From a virus: a stretch of DNA of 64,000 nt. Where the stretch lies: IMG/VR virus record IMGVR_UViG_3300002056_000074, one strand, 5' to 3'. Positions 10,039 through 19,809 of the stretch are shown in pieces; the stretch's first letter is position 1, and the number at the start of each line of letters is the position of its first letter. The position numbers and the translations under genes were made by a program. The notes beneath the pieces were generated by a model. It had not been told where the DNA came from. It did no database searches and saw only the letters and a list, made by a program, of their open reading frames with translations.

Positions 10039-11660
10039 GATTTGGTTACTTTTCTTATGCTAGTATTAGGATTATTTAGATATTCTTGCAATACACGCTT
10101 TTTTGAATTGAAGGATGCTCTAGTGTCAGCCTCAATAAACATCCACAATTTTTTAGCAAAACTATAGCGATGTAGTCTAACAGGCAAGTCATCTGATACC
10201 GCCTCATAAGTTAATCTATGATAATCACCATCACTGGGGTTATTGGGGAATTCATCTCCCTCAGTATAAGGTTCATTGTTTGGTGGTAATCCATCAGAAC
10301 GAAAATGGTTAAACGCTTCTCTACCTATTTTTTCTATATTATCAGCACCAACGTCCCTAGCTGCTGATAATTCATCATCCGTCCATTGTCTTATTCCAGA
10401 TAAATCAACGCCTTTTTCGGGTACGTCAGTTTTTGCAGTCGCCTTAATTTCATCAACTACATCACCATGATCTTGGTATACTGGATTTAAACCATCATCA
10501 CCACCCAACAATCCAAGTGCATCAATTTCTCGTTCATTACTAAGATCACCAAACACATTTTGAGTCTCTCTAGACGCGAATGCTGGCTGCAATACAACTC
10601 TCTGAAGGGTTGGTTGCCATTGTGGTGTAAATCCCTCAGAAGCCCACATAGTATCAACGACTTCCATATAACGCTCAATAGGTTCAAGTGTGGCTGAGTA
10701 TTGAGTCAATGACGGGATTTGTATAATATCTCCAATAATCATTGGTCTACCAAGCGCTGCAACTACTGCTGAAAAACTGACAGCAATAAATAATGTCTCC
10801 GCCGTCATCTGCAAACCAAAACGAGTTAAATCCGTTTGTGTTTCTTGCGAATCATAATAAATCTTAATAGGTAATGTGCTACTATCATATTCACGATCCC
10901 TATTTTCAAGCAAAATCTTATCTTGAATATTTGACTCATCAGTAACTAGATAATTATCTATTAATTGGAGTGCCTTAATTCCCCAACTATCTTTATCACC
11001 ACCATTAAAATTAAGAGGCCGTAGACGCCAAAATGCAGAGGCTGCAGAATCCCTTAATGCATAGCAATGTAATTCATCATCATCTGGTAGTGTTATAATT
11101 TGAACACCCTTCCATACCTTCCCACATAAAGATCTTTCAAGTCTAGCCTTAGTTACCCGCTCATTTGAGTTTCCCGATTGCTTAACACCAATTGCCTGAA
11201 TGCGTTTATAAATCCTTGCATCCTCAACTGAATATCTACGGCGTCCTCCCTCGTTTGTTTGAACGTATCCAAAATCATAACCAATATAAGCGGAGGCAAG
11301 AATTGCCTCTTCACCACGTTGGATTGATTTCCATATAGTTTCAAAAATGCTAAATGCGTTGGCAGCCGGAAAACTTCCTATATCACCATTGGAAATCGGT
11401 TTACCAAAGCCTGAAGCATCTACTAATTTCCCCTGCTCATGAACACCCAGCAATTTATAAACATTGGCATCAGCTGCTGCTATACCCAAACTTTCACTAA
11501 TAAAGGAATCTATTAGATGAGCATCAGCTGTTTGTTTCGTCAACTGCCAAGGTCTACAATTCGCACTCGAAAGTAAAGGGTTATCATTCGAATCACATCC
11601 GGGTACTAATGATCCATCATCTTCGTCTGAAAATTTAATGAATGTATCACAAGAAACCAT
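10035..11660 (-). CDS. Neck/head closure protein (gp14-like) with inserted domain
   Basis: VYKLLG, NIQDKILLENRDREYD, DLTRFGL, LGRPMIIGDIIQIP, WASEGFTPQW, FPNNPSDGDYHRL. Confidence 0.75.
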   Translation of the reverse strand: MVSCDTFIKFSDEDDGSLVPGCDSNDNPLLSSANCRPWQLTKQTADAHLIDSFISESLGIAAADANVYKLLGVHEQGKLVDASGFGKPISNGDIGSFPAANAFSIFETIWKSIQRGEEAILASAYIGYDFGYVQTNEGGRRRYSVEDARIYKRIQAIGVKQSGNSNERVTKARLERSLCGKVWKGVQIITLPDDDELHCYALRDSAASAFWRLRPLNFNGGDKDSWGIKALQLIDNYLVTDESNIQDKILLENRDREYDSSTLPIKIYYDSQETQTDLTRFGLQMTAETLFIAVSFSAVVAALGRPMIIGDIIQIPSLTQYSATLEPIERYMEVVDTMWASEGFTPQWQPTLQRVVLQPAFASRETQNVFGDLSNEREIDALGLLGGDDGLNPVYQDHGDVVDEIKATAKTDVPEKGVDLSGIRQWTDDELSAARDVGADNIEKIGREAFNHFRSDGLPPNNEPYTEGDEFPNNPSDGDYHRLTYEAVSDDLPVRLHRYSFAKKLWMFIEADTRASFNSKKRVLQEYLNNPNTSIRKVTKS

Positions 11661-11890
11661 TATTTTCGTACCTTCTTTAGTTTTCGTTGTGCTATTGCTC
11701 TTCGACCATAAATGTTTCCAGTATCAGAGGCTTTCATTAATGCATCACTAATTTCTACCTTATTGGACACACTACCATAGTCAAACTTTTCTCTGGTGTA
11801 TATGGGCAGGATCAATTCTTTATGCTTCTTACCGAAGTTTTTTGTAAAATCAATTGCTCTTTTTTCAGTAATTATTTCATTGAGAGTCAT
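11660..11890 (-). CDS. Small basic putative virion/internal head protein
   Basis: MTLNEIITE N-terminus; translationally coupled to the gp14-like gene. Confidence 0.45.
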   Translation of the reverse strand: MTLNEIITEKRAIDFTKNFGKKHKELILPIYTREKFDYGSVSNKVEISDALMKASDTGNIYGRRAIAQRKLKKVRK

Positions 11891-11915
11891 TAATAATCAA
11901 CATAATATAAGTATA

Positions 11916-13556
11916 TTATGTATTTATAATCACATACCGCTTTTTTCCACAATCCCATATTCTATAAATTTTATTTCGAAAACAATTTTCATATTCACTT
12001 TCTTCGGGATTAAAATCATCACTTAATAATTTTTCTAATTGCTTTCTCCTGAAGTTAAATTTATGCACTCTTCGCTTTCCTTGGATATATGAATAATCAG
12101 GATTGGAAGTATTATCCAGAGTCCATCCAGTTTTTTCATACAAATTACCATTGCTCCATCTAAGATCAGCAAAAGAAATAATTTTTTCCCATTTATTATG
12201 TTTCCTGAAATAACTGAGTAATTTGGAAAATCCACCAACAACTCTAGCAGATGATGCATACCTACTAAGTGTATATTCAAATTCAGAATTTTTAACAAAA
12301 GTCATTACGGCAATCATATTACCTTGTGTGTCGCTAAGTGCATATTCAATCGAGGTTTTACTATCGCCCTGTATATGATTGTTATCCAAAAACAATCTCT
12401 TACTTTTCTTATTAGGAATATATACTGTGGTGTTTCTGGCAAATATTGTATTTCGATTATCACAACCAAGAAGTGATTTTAATTTATTCTTAACTTGATT
12501 TGTCTTAAATTCCCACTCATCTTCAAAAATAGTGATCAATTGGATACCTTGCTCCATACAAGCATCATATTTTTCACGATGTTTATTTTTATTCATATCA
12601 AATTCTTCTGAGTGCCATTTCAATCCACAAAATTCAATCGCAATATTTTTGCTAGGAATTAGTATATCCAATTCTTTTCCATTTAAAACAACTCTATTTG
12701 ATTGCTCTGCATCATCAACAAATTTAGATACGAATTCAAATACTTCAATTTCAGGCTTGGATGGTCCTACACCGGCACATTTTTTACAGCCATTATGTTT
12801 ACCAACGATTGCCCACTCTGCCTTTTGTGTAAATCTTCCATGAATAGAACACTCGATTTCTATAAATTCATCCATATTGACATATTCAGTAGAAATTAGA
12901 GTATTGTTTTGTGAAATATCTTTAATAGCCTTTTCAATCACATCTAAATCTAGTTTCCCAGTAGGTGAACATTTGGGGCATGATCCGCAATCACTATTCA
13001 AATGATTTACCATATTAGTTTCAAATTCACCATGTCCATCTTTTTTGCAAATCAATTTGACTCTTTGGGACTTATTTTTATAGTCTTTTATCAGTGAATA
13101 ATCAAATTGATCACCATGTCTTTTCTTTGACTCTAAAATAACATCATCCATTGTATAATTATATTTTCCCGAACATTTAGAACATCCAGAGTTCATAAAA
13201 ATGTGGCTTTTTGCTAGAACTTTATGTTCTCCATGAACTGGGCACAAAATAGTAATCATTGATTTAGTAGATTTATATTCTGCGTGAATATACGGATATT
13301 CATATTGTCCATGAACAACGTTTGCCTTGGATAGAAAATCATCCACGGACATTTTCTTAGCGCCATTGCCATTGCATTTTGGGCACCCTTGGCCACACTT
13401 ATGTGCATTTGGTGTTTGGAAGAATTCGCCATGAATGCTACATATTATTTTTCCAAGCACTTTACTATTAACATATTTAAATTCTGATAGATCATATCGC
13501 CCATTATGGGCCTCTACCATTTCTTTGATATGTTCTTCTTTAGTCTTTCTAGCCAT
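11916..13556 (-). CDS. Homing-endonuclease-like protein: 4 Zn modules + PD-(D/E)xK + GNAT/Mom-like domain
   Basis: CSIHG/CPVHG repeats; ELDILIP..IAIEFCGLKWHSE; NHIQGD; ISFADLRWSNGNLY; RIWDCG. Confidence 0.8.
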   Translation of the reverse strand: MARKTKEEHIKEMVEAHNGRYDLSEFKYVNSKVLGKIICSIHGEFFQTPNAHKCGQGCPKCNGNGAKKMSVDDFLSKANVVHGQYEYPYIHAEYKSTKSMITILCPVHGEHKVLAKSHIFMNSGCSKCSGKYNYTMDDVILESKKRHGDQFDYSLIKDYKNKSQRVKLICKKDGHGEFETNMVNHLNSDCGSCPKCSPTGKLDLDVIEKAIKDISQNNTLISTEYVNMDEFIEIECSIHGRFTQKAEWAIVGKHNGCKKCAGVGPSKPEIEVFEFVSKFVDDAEQSNRVVLNGKELDILIPSKNIAIEFCGLKWHSEEFDMNKNKHREKYDACMEQGIQLITIFEDEWEFKTNQVKNKLKSLLGCDNRNTIFARNTTVYIPNKKSKRLFLDNNHIQGDSKTSIEYALSDTQGNMIAVMTFVKNSEFEYTLSRYASSARVVGGFSKLLSYFRKHNKWEKIISFADLRWSNGNLYEKTGWTLDNTSNPDYSYIQGKRRVHKFNFRRKQLEKLLSDDFNPEESEYENCFRNKIYRIWDCGKKRYVIINT

Positions 13557-13630
13557 TTTAGTATTAATTTTTTAATATAATAAAAATATTATATACTATA
13601 TAAATTACTAAAACCGTGAAGTGGTTAAAA

Positions 13631-16600
13631 TTACCCAATCACAAAATCATGAGCACCATACATTTCTGGTCTAGATGCAGTGAAGTTATCTAATTGAGAA
13701 TAACACTCAGCGAAGTCAGTAGCAGCCTGAGATGCCAATTCTGCAGCATTGAGTGAAACTCCTCCCCCACTTCCCGGAAGACTTGCGAATTTTCCTCTAA
13801 TTTCTGATAATGTCATTCTAGCGCCACCCAATGCAAATCGCTCAATCCATGATTTAACTAATCGATCCTTTAACAAATCTTGTTCAGTTCGTTCGCAATA
13901 TGCGTCCAACAAAATTCTTTCATGACGATGGAAATTCTGATGGAAATATATAGTTCGATCATTTTCAATAAAATGATAATTGATACGTGTTGCAAACATC
14001 AATTCCAATTGCTCAATATATTGTTGTGATAGATGCAATGTAGTCATATCAAATCCACCAGCAGTAGATGTTCCATATAATTGCTGTGCAAATAATTGAT
14101 CAAATATTGAGTTGCTACTAAAGCCACCCGAGAATGCTCCTGAGCGGCGGTGTGCACCCATAATTCCAACTATTGTATTGAATCCTGCCTTCTTATTAGT
14201 CAATTGATATTGTTGAACGCCTGCCCTCACATCCATAGTAAAAAAGCGGCGATCATAGGCAATATCACTTCTTTTCCGCAATGATTCAAAGGCACCTTGA
14301 ATAGCAGTATCAAGTTGCTCATCAGTAAGCTCAACCTCTACAACTGGCCAACCTAATTGAACTCGTATAGAGTGTGCTAATTCTCGGCGCTCATCTGGTG
14401 TTCCATCAGTTCCAACACCCAATTGATCATATGATGGTACTGATTCAAGACCATCAGTTCCTGCAATAGTTGCTTGAACTTGGGCACCTTCCAAGGCATT
14501 GAATAGAAAATTTTCTTCAGTTACATTAGAATTTATATATCGTGGCACCCGAAACGGATTATCTGTATAAACCTGCTTAAATCCTGCAACGTGGGCATGT
14601 AATGGGGAGCCAACTCTAGTTACTGCAGTGCCGTCATATACAGATGGATTATAATCTTGACCGGGTACAAGCATTAATAAACTGATGCATGTTCCAGTTT
14701 CTCTTGTTTGGAATAGTAAATTGCCACGTTCATCCATATTTGCTTGAACTTTCGGTGTAGCAGGTACATATTTCTTACCGTCCCACTCATTCAATTGATC
14801 ATTAACTAAGTCAAACCATAGTGTTCCAACATTATTAACAATAGGTGCAGTGGTATATGGCTGACTCAACCAGTTAATTCCACTACGCACCATCAATTCA
14901 TTGGTTGATTCATTGAACCATAATTTTCCAGTAGGCGGTTGACTTGGATCATCTACACTAAATGTAGGTTCAGACGGTAAATCATTCCATTTTGGTAATT
15001 GAATCAATCCAGATTCTGGATTATACCATGCAGGGGCAGCATCTCCATCCGCTATGATGGTAGGATCACTTGGAAAATCAATATAGTTTTCCGCCTCTTC
15101 ATAAAAACTTCCATTCCATGTTTTATAAACACTAGGTGTTGTTGAGGTATCCAACCATGTAGAAACGTTATCAATATCAGAGGCTCTTAATGGATCTTGT
15201 GAATCCTGTGTTAACTTAACGACCTCTACCCAACTATTGCGTATAGAACTTCTTTCAAATAATCTATCTGATACATCATCCCACCATAACTCACATGAAG
15301 TAACTAGAGTAGGATCTTCATTCCATTCAATAACATCGATTTCAATAAATTCATCACCGTTATATTTGTAAAAAGTATCTTCGGATTCTTTATACCATAT
15401 TAAATTTGGATAAATGATGGGAGTAACTTCGCCTATGACAAATCCAGTGATTGGTGGTAAGAGATTCCAATTACCAATAGTTGTGTTTGCGTTTTCATAA
15501 ACTACTCGCTCACGCATCATCCTATCATCTGGATTAAACCAATAAGTATCAGTGCCTAGTGCATCTGGCGCAACCTTCCATGTTAATGCTGATGTAGGCT
15601 CCCATACAGAATCACTGACGTTATATTTGAATAATTCAGATGTGTCCTCTTTGAACCAATATTCACCACAAATTCCCTGTGTAGGTAATGATGGATCATT
15701 ATCCTGAATAAATGATTGCACATCACACCATGCATTCCCACTCCAACTATAACTTTTTAATCCATCAAACCATAGCTCATCACAAGATGGATTAGATGGG
15801 TCAGATGTATGAATAATAGTATTAATCTCATCAAAATTTGTTCCATTCCAAATTTTTAAAATGGGAACACCACCTGATAGATCAACCCAATAAGGTTTGT
15901 TTGTTACATCAGTTGGGTCTGTATCTGAAAGGATGACATCATCAACACCCGAATAATTAGTACCATCATAAACTTGCAGAACCTTATTATTTGGATTCCA
16001 ATAATATGATCCACTATTGGGTGGTTCACTACTACGTGGTGGATTATCTACTAATGCCAACTGTTCATTGATAGCACCAATCATATCTTCATAGGTTTGG
16101 CCATCCTCACCATCAATTGAGACTGATACTCTATTACCTTCAAATGAATCATTTGGAAAATTTGTATTGAGATCAAAATCAAAAGAATATTCTTTTCCGA
16201 TTTCAAGGCCAGTTCCATCAGTTGGGGCTGCACCATCACCATCATTTAATACCACTGCAGCAATACTGGGGGTGTTTGGTTGAGCATCATCTCCGTAGGA
16301 ATCGGAGTATGTCCTAACGCCATCAGAATGATATTGTAATGAACAATCTACTGCATATACTGCTAGGTAATGTGGTCCTTCCCCAATATCATTGATGATG
16401 ACTGATGTGGTTAATTCCTCGCCTCTAGCTTTTTCATTGGGTTCATAAAAAGCACCAACTACTAATGCACCACCAATGCGATCACCGACATGCAAACTTG
16501 GATTGGCCGTGGGGTCTGCTTCATATTGAACACCATCTTCTGGTATATTATCTGGTCCCACAGGACTAGTGTGTAGTAATACAACCACACCACAATATGC

Positions 16601-16762
16601 ACTATTGATCGAAGATGCATTGTTGCAACCTGCCAATGGTGTTGGGATGTTCCACTCTATGGTTCCTTGGTTTTGTGTGGGTACTGTTGGCATCCAAACT
16701 GGAGAGATTTTTTGTCCCTCTATTTTAATTGCACCAGAAACATCAGCGATTCCATCAAACAT
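13631..16762 (-). CDS. Neck protein (gp13-like C-terminal domain) with ~780-aa Trp-repeat N-terminal extension
   Basis: IRVQLGWPVVEVELTDEQLD, WIERFALG..LSEIRGKFASLPGSGGGVSLNA, FVIG end; repeated P..G.LW(F/Y) units. Confidence 0.8.
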   Translation of the reverse strand: MFDGIADVSGAIKIEGQKISPVWMPTVPTQNQGTIEWNIPTPLAGCNNASSINSAYCGVVVLLHTSPVGPDNIPEDGVQYEADPTANPSLHVGDRIGGALVVGAFYEPNEKARGEELTTSVIINDIGEGPHYLAVYAVDCSLQYHSDGVRTYSDSYGDDAQPNTPSIAAVVLNDGDGAAPTDGTGLEIGKEYSFDFDLNTNFPNDSFEGNRVSVSIDGEDGQTYEDMIGAINEQLALVDNPPRSSEPPNSGSYYWNPNNKVLQVYDGTNYSGVDDVILSDTDPTDVTNKPYWVDLSGGVPILKIWNGTNFDEINTIIHTSDPSNPSCDELWFDGLKSYSWSGNAWCDVQSFIQDNDPSLPTQGICGEYWFKEDTSELFKYNVSDSVWEPTSALTWKVAPDALGTDTYWFNPDDRMMRERVVYENANTTIGNWNLLPPITGFVIGEVTPIIYPNLIWYKESEDTFYKYNGDEFIEIDVIEWNEDPTLVTSCELWWDDVSDRLFERSSIRNSWVEVVKLTQDSQDPLRASDIDNVSTWLDTSTTPSVYKTWNGSFYEEAENYIDFPSDPTIIADGDAAPAWYNPESGLIQLPKWNDLPSEPTFSVDDPSQPPTGKLWFNESTNELMVRSGINWLSQPYTTAPIVNNVGTLWFDLVNDQLNEWDGKKYVPATPKVQANMDERGNLLFQTRETGTCISLLMLVPGQDYNPSVYDGTAVTRVGSPLHAHVAGFKQVYTDNPFRVPRYINSNVTEENFLFNALEGAQVQATIAGTDGLESVPSYDQLGVGTDGTPDERRELAHSIRVQLGWPVVEVELTDEQLDTAIQGAFESLRKRSDIAYDRRFFTMDVRAGVQQYQLTNKKAGFNTIVGIMGAHRRSGAFSGGFSSNSIFDQLFAQQLYGTSTAGGFDMTTLHLSQQYIEQLELMFATRINYHFIENDRTIYFHQNFHRHERILLDAYCERTEQDLLKDRLVKSWIERFALGGARMTLSEIRGKFASLPGSGGGVSLNAAELASQAATDFAECYSQLDNFTASRPEMYGAHDFVIG

Positions 16763-16800
16763 GAAAATTACCTTTTAATCATTATTAATGGTATTTAGGT

Positions 16801-17133
16801 TTAATTACTTGATTTATTATCAGTATTGTTGACCAACCATTTTAATAATTTTTTATTATTCCACGAAGGAACTTCATTGATATCATCACCATCAATATCC
16901 TCAAATGTTATTTCAATGGCTCTTGGCTCACGATGTTCTTCACATAACCACTTAATAAATAATTTATTTCTCGGTTTCAGATTTATTTGATGTTTAGAAT
17001 CATCATATCCAACTGGGATCTTGCAATATTTTTTAACTTCATATTCCAATACAGTCTTTGGGATATCTTGTGCAGCGGCGCGCAAACAATCCTTAGATGT
17101 TAAATATTCTTTCAATGATAATTTTTTGGACAT
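16801..17133 (-). CDS. Hypothetical late protein
   Basis: Intact ORF with TAAATA at 17165-17170. Confidence 0.6.
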   Translation of the reverse strand: MSKKLSLKEYLTSKDCLRAAAQDIPKTVLEYEVKKYCKIPVGYDDSKHQINLKPRNKLFIKWLCEEHREPRAIEITFEDIDGDDINEVPSWNNKKLLKWLVNNTDNKSSN

Positions 17134-17267
17134 TCACACTAACTCAGAAATTGGTTGTGATATATATTTATTGATCAGCTGTGGATTAGTTCACATAAAA
17201 TTAATTCACTAAATGTTAATTATAATGTATAATACTGTTACTAAAACAATAAAACAGATTGATCCCA

Positions 17268-19010
17268 ATGCCTAAGAAATTAACACAAGAAGAATATATT
17301 CAGCGATGTGAAGAACTTTATGATAATGGAGAGTTTGATCATTCGTCAGTGGTTTATACAAAAGCTCAGGAATTTATATATCCTGTCTGCACTTCCTGTG
17401 GTAATAAACAAAAAAGAAAAGCATATAGTCACATTCAGAAAAAATTGAAATGTGGGGATTGTGCTGGTAATAAAAAATTAACAGTTGAAGACATAAAAAA
17501 GTCTGTCTTTGATATATATGACTCAAATATCACACTTAAATCCTTCACGTCTCATGGCAATAAAAGTAAATTTGTAGCAACGTGCAAAAAACATGGAGAT
17601 TTTAATACCCAATATGTTTTGCTTGTGGGTAGAGAGTCTGGCTGTCCGAAATGTCGTAAGGAAATTAAACATTCTATCAATGATGAAATTAAATTTCAAA
17701 ATGAATTAGAATTAGAAAAAATGAAAGAACAAGAGAGGAGTACTCAAAGAGTAGTCACTCAACGTAAAAACTTAGAAAAGTTTCTAATTAAAGCAAGGGC
17801 TACATATCCTGATCGTGATGATATTGAAGTATTGAATTATGTTAATATGAAAACAACCGCCACATTTGTTTGCCCCAATCACGGTGAATATCAACAAAAA
17901 CCTAACAATTATCTAAAACATCAAGGCTGTGCTAAATGCAGACCATTAACTAAGTCGCAAGTTCCGATGACTCTTAATGAATTTATCAGTCGATCTAAAA
18001 AAATGCACGGTGATCTATATGAATATGATAAAGCTGTTTATAAAGGATCAACAGAAGCAATAACATTATTTTGCAAAAAACATAAAGAATATTTTGATGT
18101 TAATGCGGGCAAACATATCGGAAATGGTACTAGAGCTGGGTGCCAAAAGTGTTCAAACATATCTCAGACATCAAATGGTGAACTTTCACTAGTCAAATGG
18201 TTAAAATCATTAGATATTAAGGTGATTACAAGTAACTATAATATTGTACCACCTAAAGAAATTGATATATTCCTACCTGATTATAATATAGCCATTGAAT
18301 TCAATGGGTTATATTGGCACAGTGAAATTAAAGGGAAGTATAGGTACTATCATAAGGAGAAATATGATGGTTGTAAGGCCCAAGATATACAATTGCTGAC
18401 TATATTTGAAGATGAATGGGAGACTAGACAAACTCAAGTTAAAAATAAGATTAGACATCTATTAAATAAATCAAAAAATGATAGCGTATATGGAAGAAAA
18501 TGTATTATTGATATAGTTGATAGTACATCTAAGAAATCATTTTTCGATGAACATCATATTCAGGGCGATGGTCCATCATCGATTAATATTGGTTTATATT
18601 TTGATGATAAGTTGGTGGCCTGCATGGGCTTTGTTGCCAATCCTAATAATTCATTTACATTAAATCGCTATGCTACATCAACATCAGTTGTTGGTGGGTT
18701 TAGTAAACTACTCAAGTATTTCAAACAAAATTATAATTGGACTGAAATAGTATCATTTGCTGATTGTAGATGGAGTGATGGTGGTTTATATGAGAATAAT
18801 GGATGGAAGCTAGATAAAATATTAGAGCCAGATTATTCATACCTCTATAGAAATAAAAGAATGCATAAATTTAATTTCAGAAGAAAGCAACTTGAAAATA
18901 TGTTGGGTGACGACTTCAATATAGAAGAAAGTGAATATGAAAATTGTACCAGAAATAAAATTTATCGTATTTGGGATTGTGGTAAACAACGATATATCAT
19001 TAACAAATAA
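17268..19010 (+). CDS. Homing-endonuclease-like protein: 4 Zn modules + PD-(D/E)xK + GNAT/Mom-like domain
   Basis: MPKKLTQEEYI start; CKKHG/CPNHG modules; EIDIFLP..IAIEFNGLYWHSE; HHIQGDG; VSFADCRWSDGGLY; RIWDCG; TATAAT at 17221 and 17228. Confidence 0.8.
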   Translation: MPKKLTQEEYIQRCEELYDNGEFDHSSVVYTKAQEFIYPVCTSCGNKQKRKAYSHIQKKLKCGDCAGNKKLTVEDIKKSVFDIYDSNITLKSFTSHGNKSKFVATCKKHGDFNTQYVLLVGRESGCPKCRKEIKHSINDEIKFQNELELEKMKEQERSTQRVVTQRKNLEKFLIKARATYPDRDDIEVLNYVNMKTTATFVCPNHGEYQQKPNNYLKHQGCAKCRPLTKSQVPMTLNEFISRSKKMHGDLYEYDKAVYKGSTEAITLFCKKHKEYFDVNAGKHIGNGTRAGCQKCSNISQTSNGELSLVKWLKSLDIKVITSNYNIVPPKEIDIFLPDYNIAIEFNGLYWHSEIKGKYRYYHKEKYDGCKAQDIQLLTIFEDEWETRQTQVKNKIRHLLNKSKNDSVYGRKCIIDIVDSTSKKSFFDEHHIQGDGPSSINIGLYFDDKLVACMGFVANPNNSFTLNRYATSTSVVGGFSKLLKYFKQNYNWTEIVSFADCRWSDGGLYENNGWKLDKILEPDYSYLYRNKRMHKFNFRRKQLENMLGDDFNIEESEYENCTRNKIYRIWDCGKQRYIINK

Positions 19011-19012
19011 AG

Positions 19013-19040
19013 AAGTGTAAATAAAAAAGTGTAAATAAAA
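19013..19040 (+). repeat. Perfect 14-bp tandem duplication AAGTGTAAATAAAA (two TAAATA boxes)
   Basis: 19013-19026 identical to 19027-19040. Confidence 0.85.
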
Positions 19041-19756
19041 TGTGTAATATTAAAAATCTTCTTGAAATAGAAAATAAAATTAAGATAGTGAGTGATTATA
19101 CGTCATCTAATAATCATCATGATATGTGCTGCATGATTTGTGCACATGAATGGCGGGCCACTCCAAAATCAAAACGCCAGACATACAAAAAATGGGGGGT
19201 TGGTGGGTGCCCTGAATGTAATAAAAATTCAAAAGAACTTAAAATTGTCAATAAGTTAATTAAACGGTTGAAACAAAGGAATATGGAATATATAGGAACT
19301 GTTAATTTTATAAAATCTGGAAATGAAAAAAAGCGATTGGTAAAAGTTAAAAATTTGTCATGTGGACATATTTTTGATACGAGATCAGATAATTTACTTA
19401 AACATAATATCAATTGTCCAATTTGTAACACTAAAAATAAGCGTAATAATTTTATTACGTGGCAGGAAGAACGAAGTGAGGAATATAAGAAAACAGCCAA
19501 TGAATGGGATTTATATAGGCATGAGGTCTATGCCAAAACTCGGCAAACATATAACCAATTTAAACATATAATAAATCCAGATAATCTTCCTAGAGGTTTG
19601 GCAGGAACAGAGGGAGCATATCAACTAGATCATATAAAATCTATTCGATTCTGTTTTGATAATAATATTTCAATTTCAGAATGTTCTTCATTGGATAATC
19701 TGCAAATGCTAACATGGGAAGAAAATCTATCTAACGGTAAAAAAGTTAAGAAATAA
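19040..19756 (+). CDS. Zn-ribbon + HNH-type endonuclease
   Basis: CMICAHEW..GCPEC, CGHIF..CPIC; YQLDHIKS..DNLQMLTWEENLSNG. Confidence 0.75.
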   Translation: MCNIKNLLEIENKIKIVSDYTSSNNHHDMCCMICAHEWRATPKSKRQTYKKWGVGGCPECNKNSKELKIVNKLIKRLKQRNMEYIGTVNFIKSGNEKKRLVKVKNLSCGHIFDTRSDNLLKHNINCPICNTKNKRNNFITWQEERSEEYKKTANEWDLYRHEVYAKTRQTYNQFKHIINPDNLPRGLAGTEGAYQLDHIKSIRFCFDNNISISECSSLDNLQMLTWEENLSNGKKVKK

Positions 19757-19785
19757 AAAAAGCCACCCCGAAGGATGGCTTTTTT
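19755..19785. terminator. Bidirectional intrinsic terminator between HNH and major capsid genes
   Basis: AAAAAAAGCCA.CC GAA GG.TGGCTTTTTT. Confidence 0.85.
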
Positions 19786-19809
19786 CTTACCATTACTTAT
19801 ATAATACTA

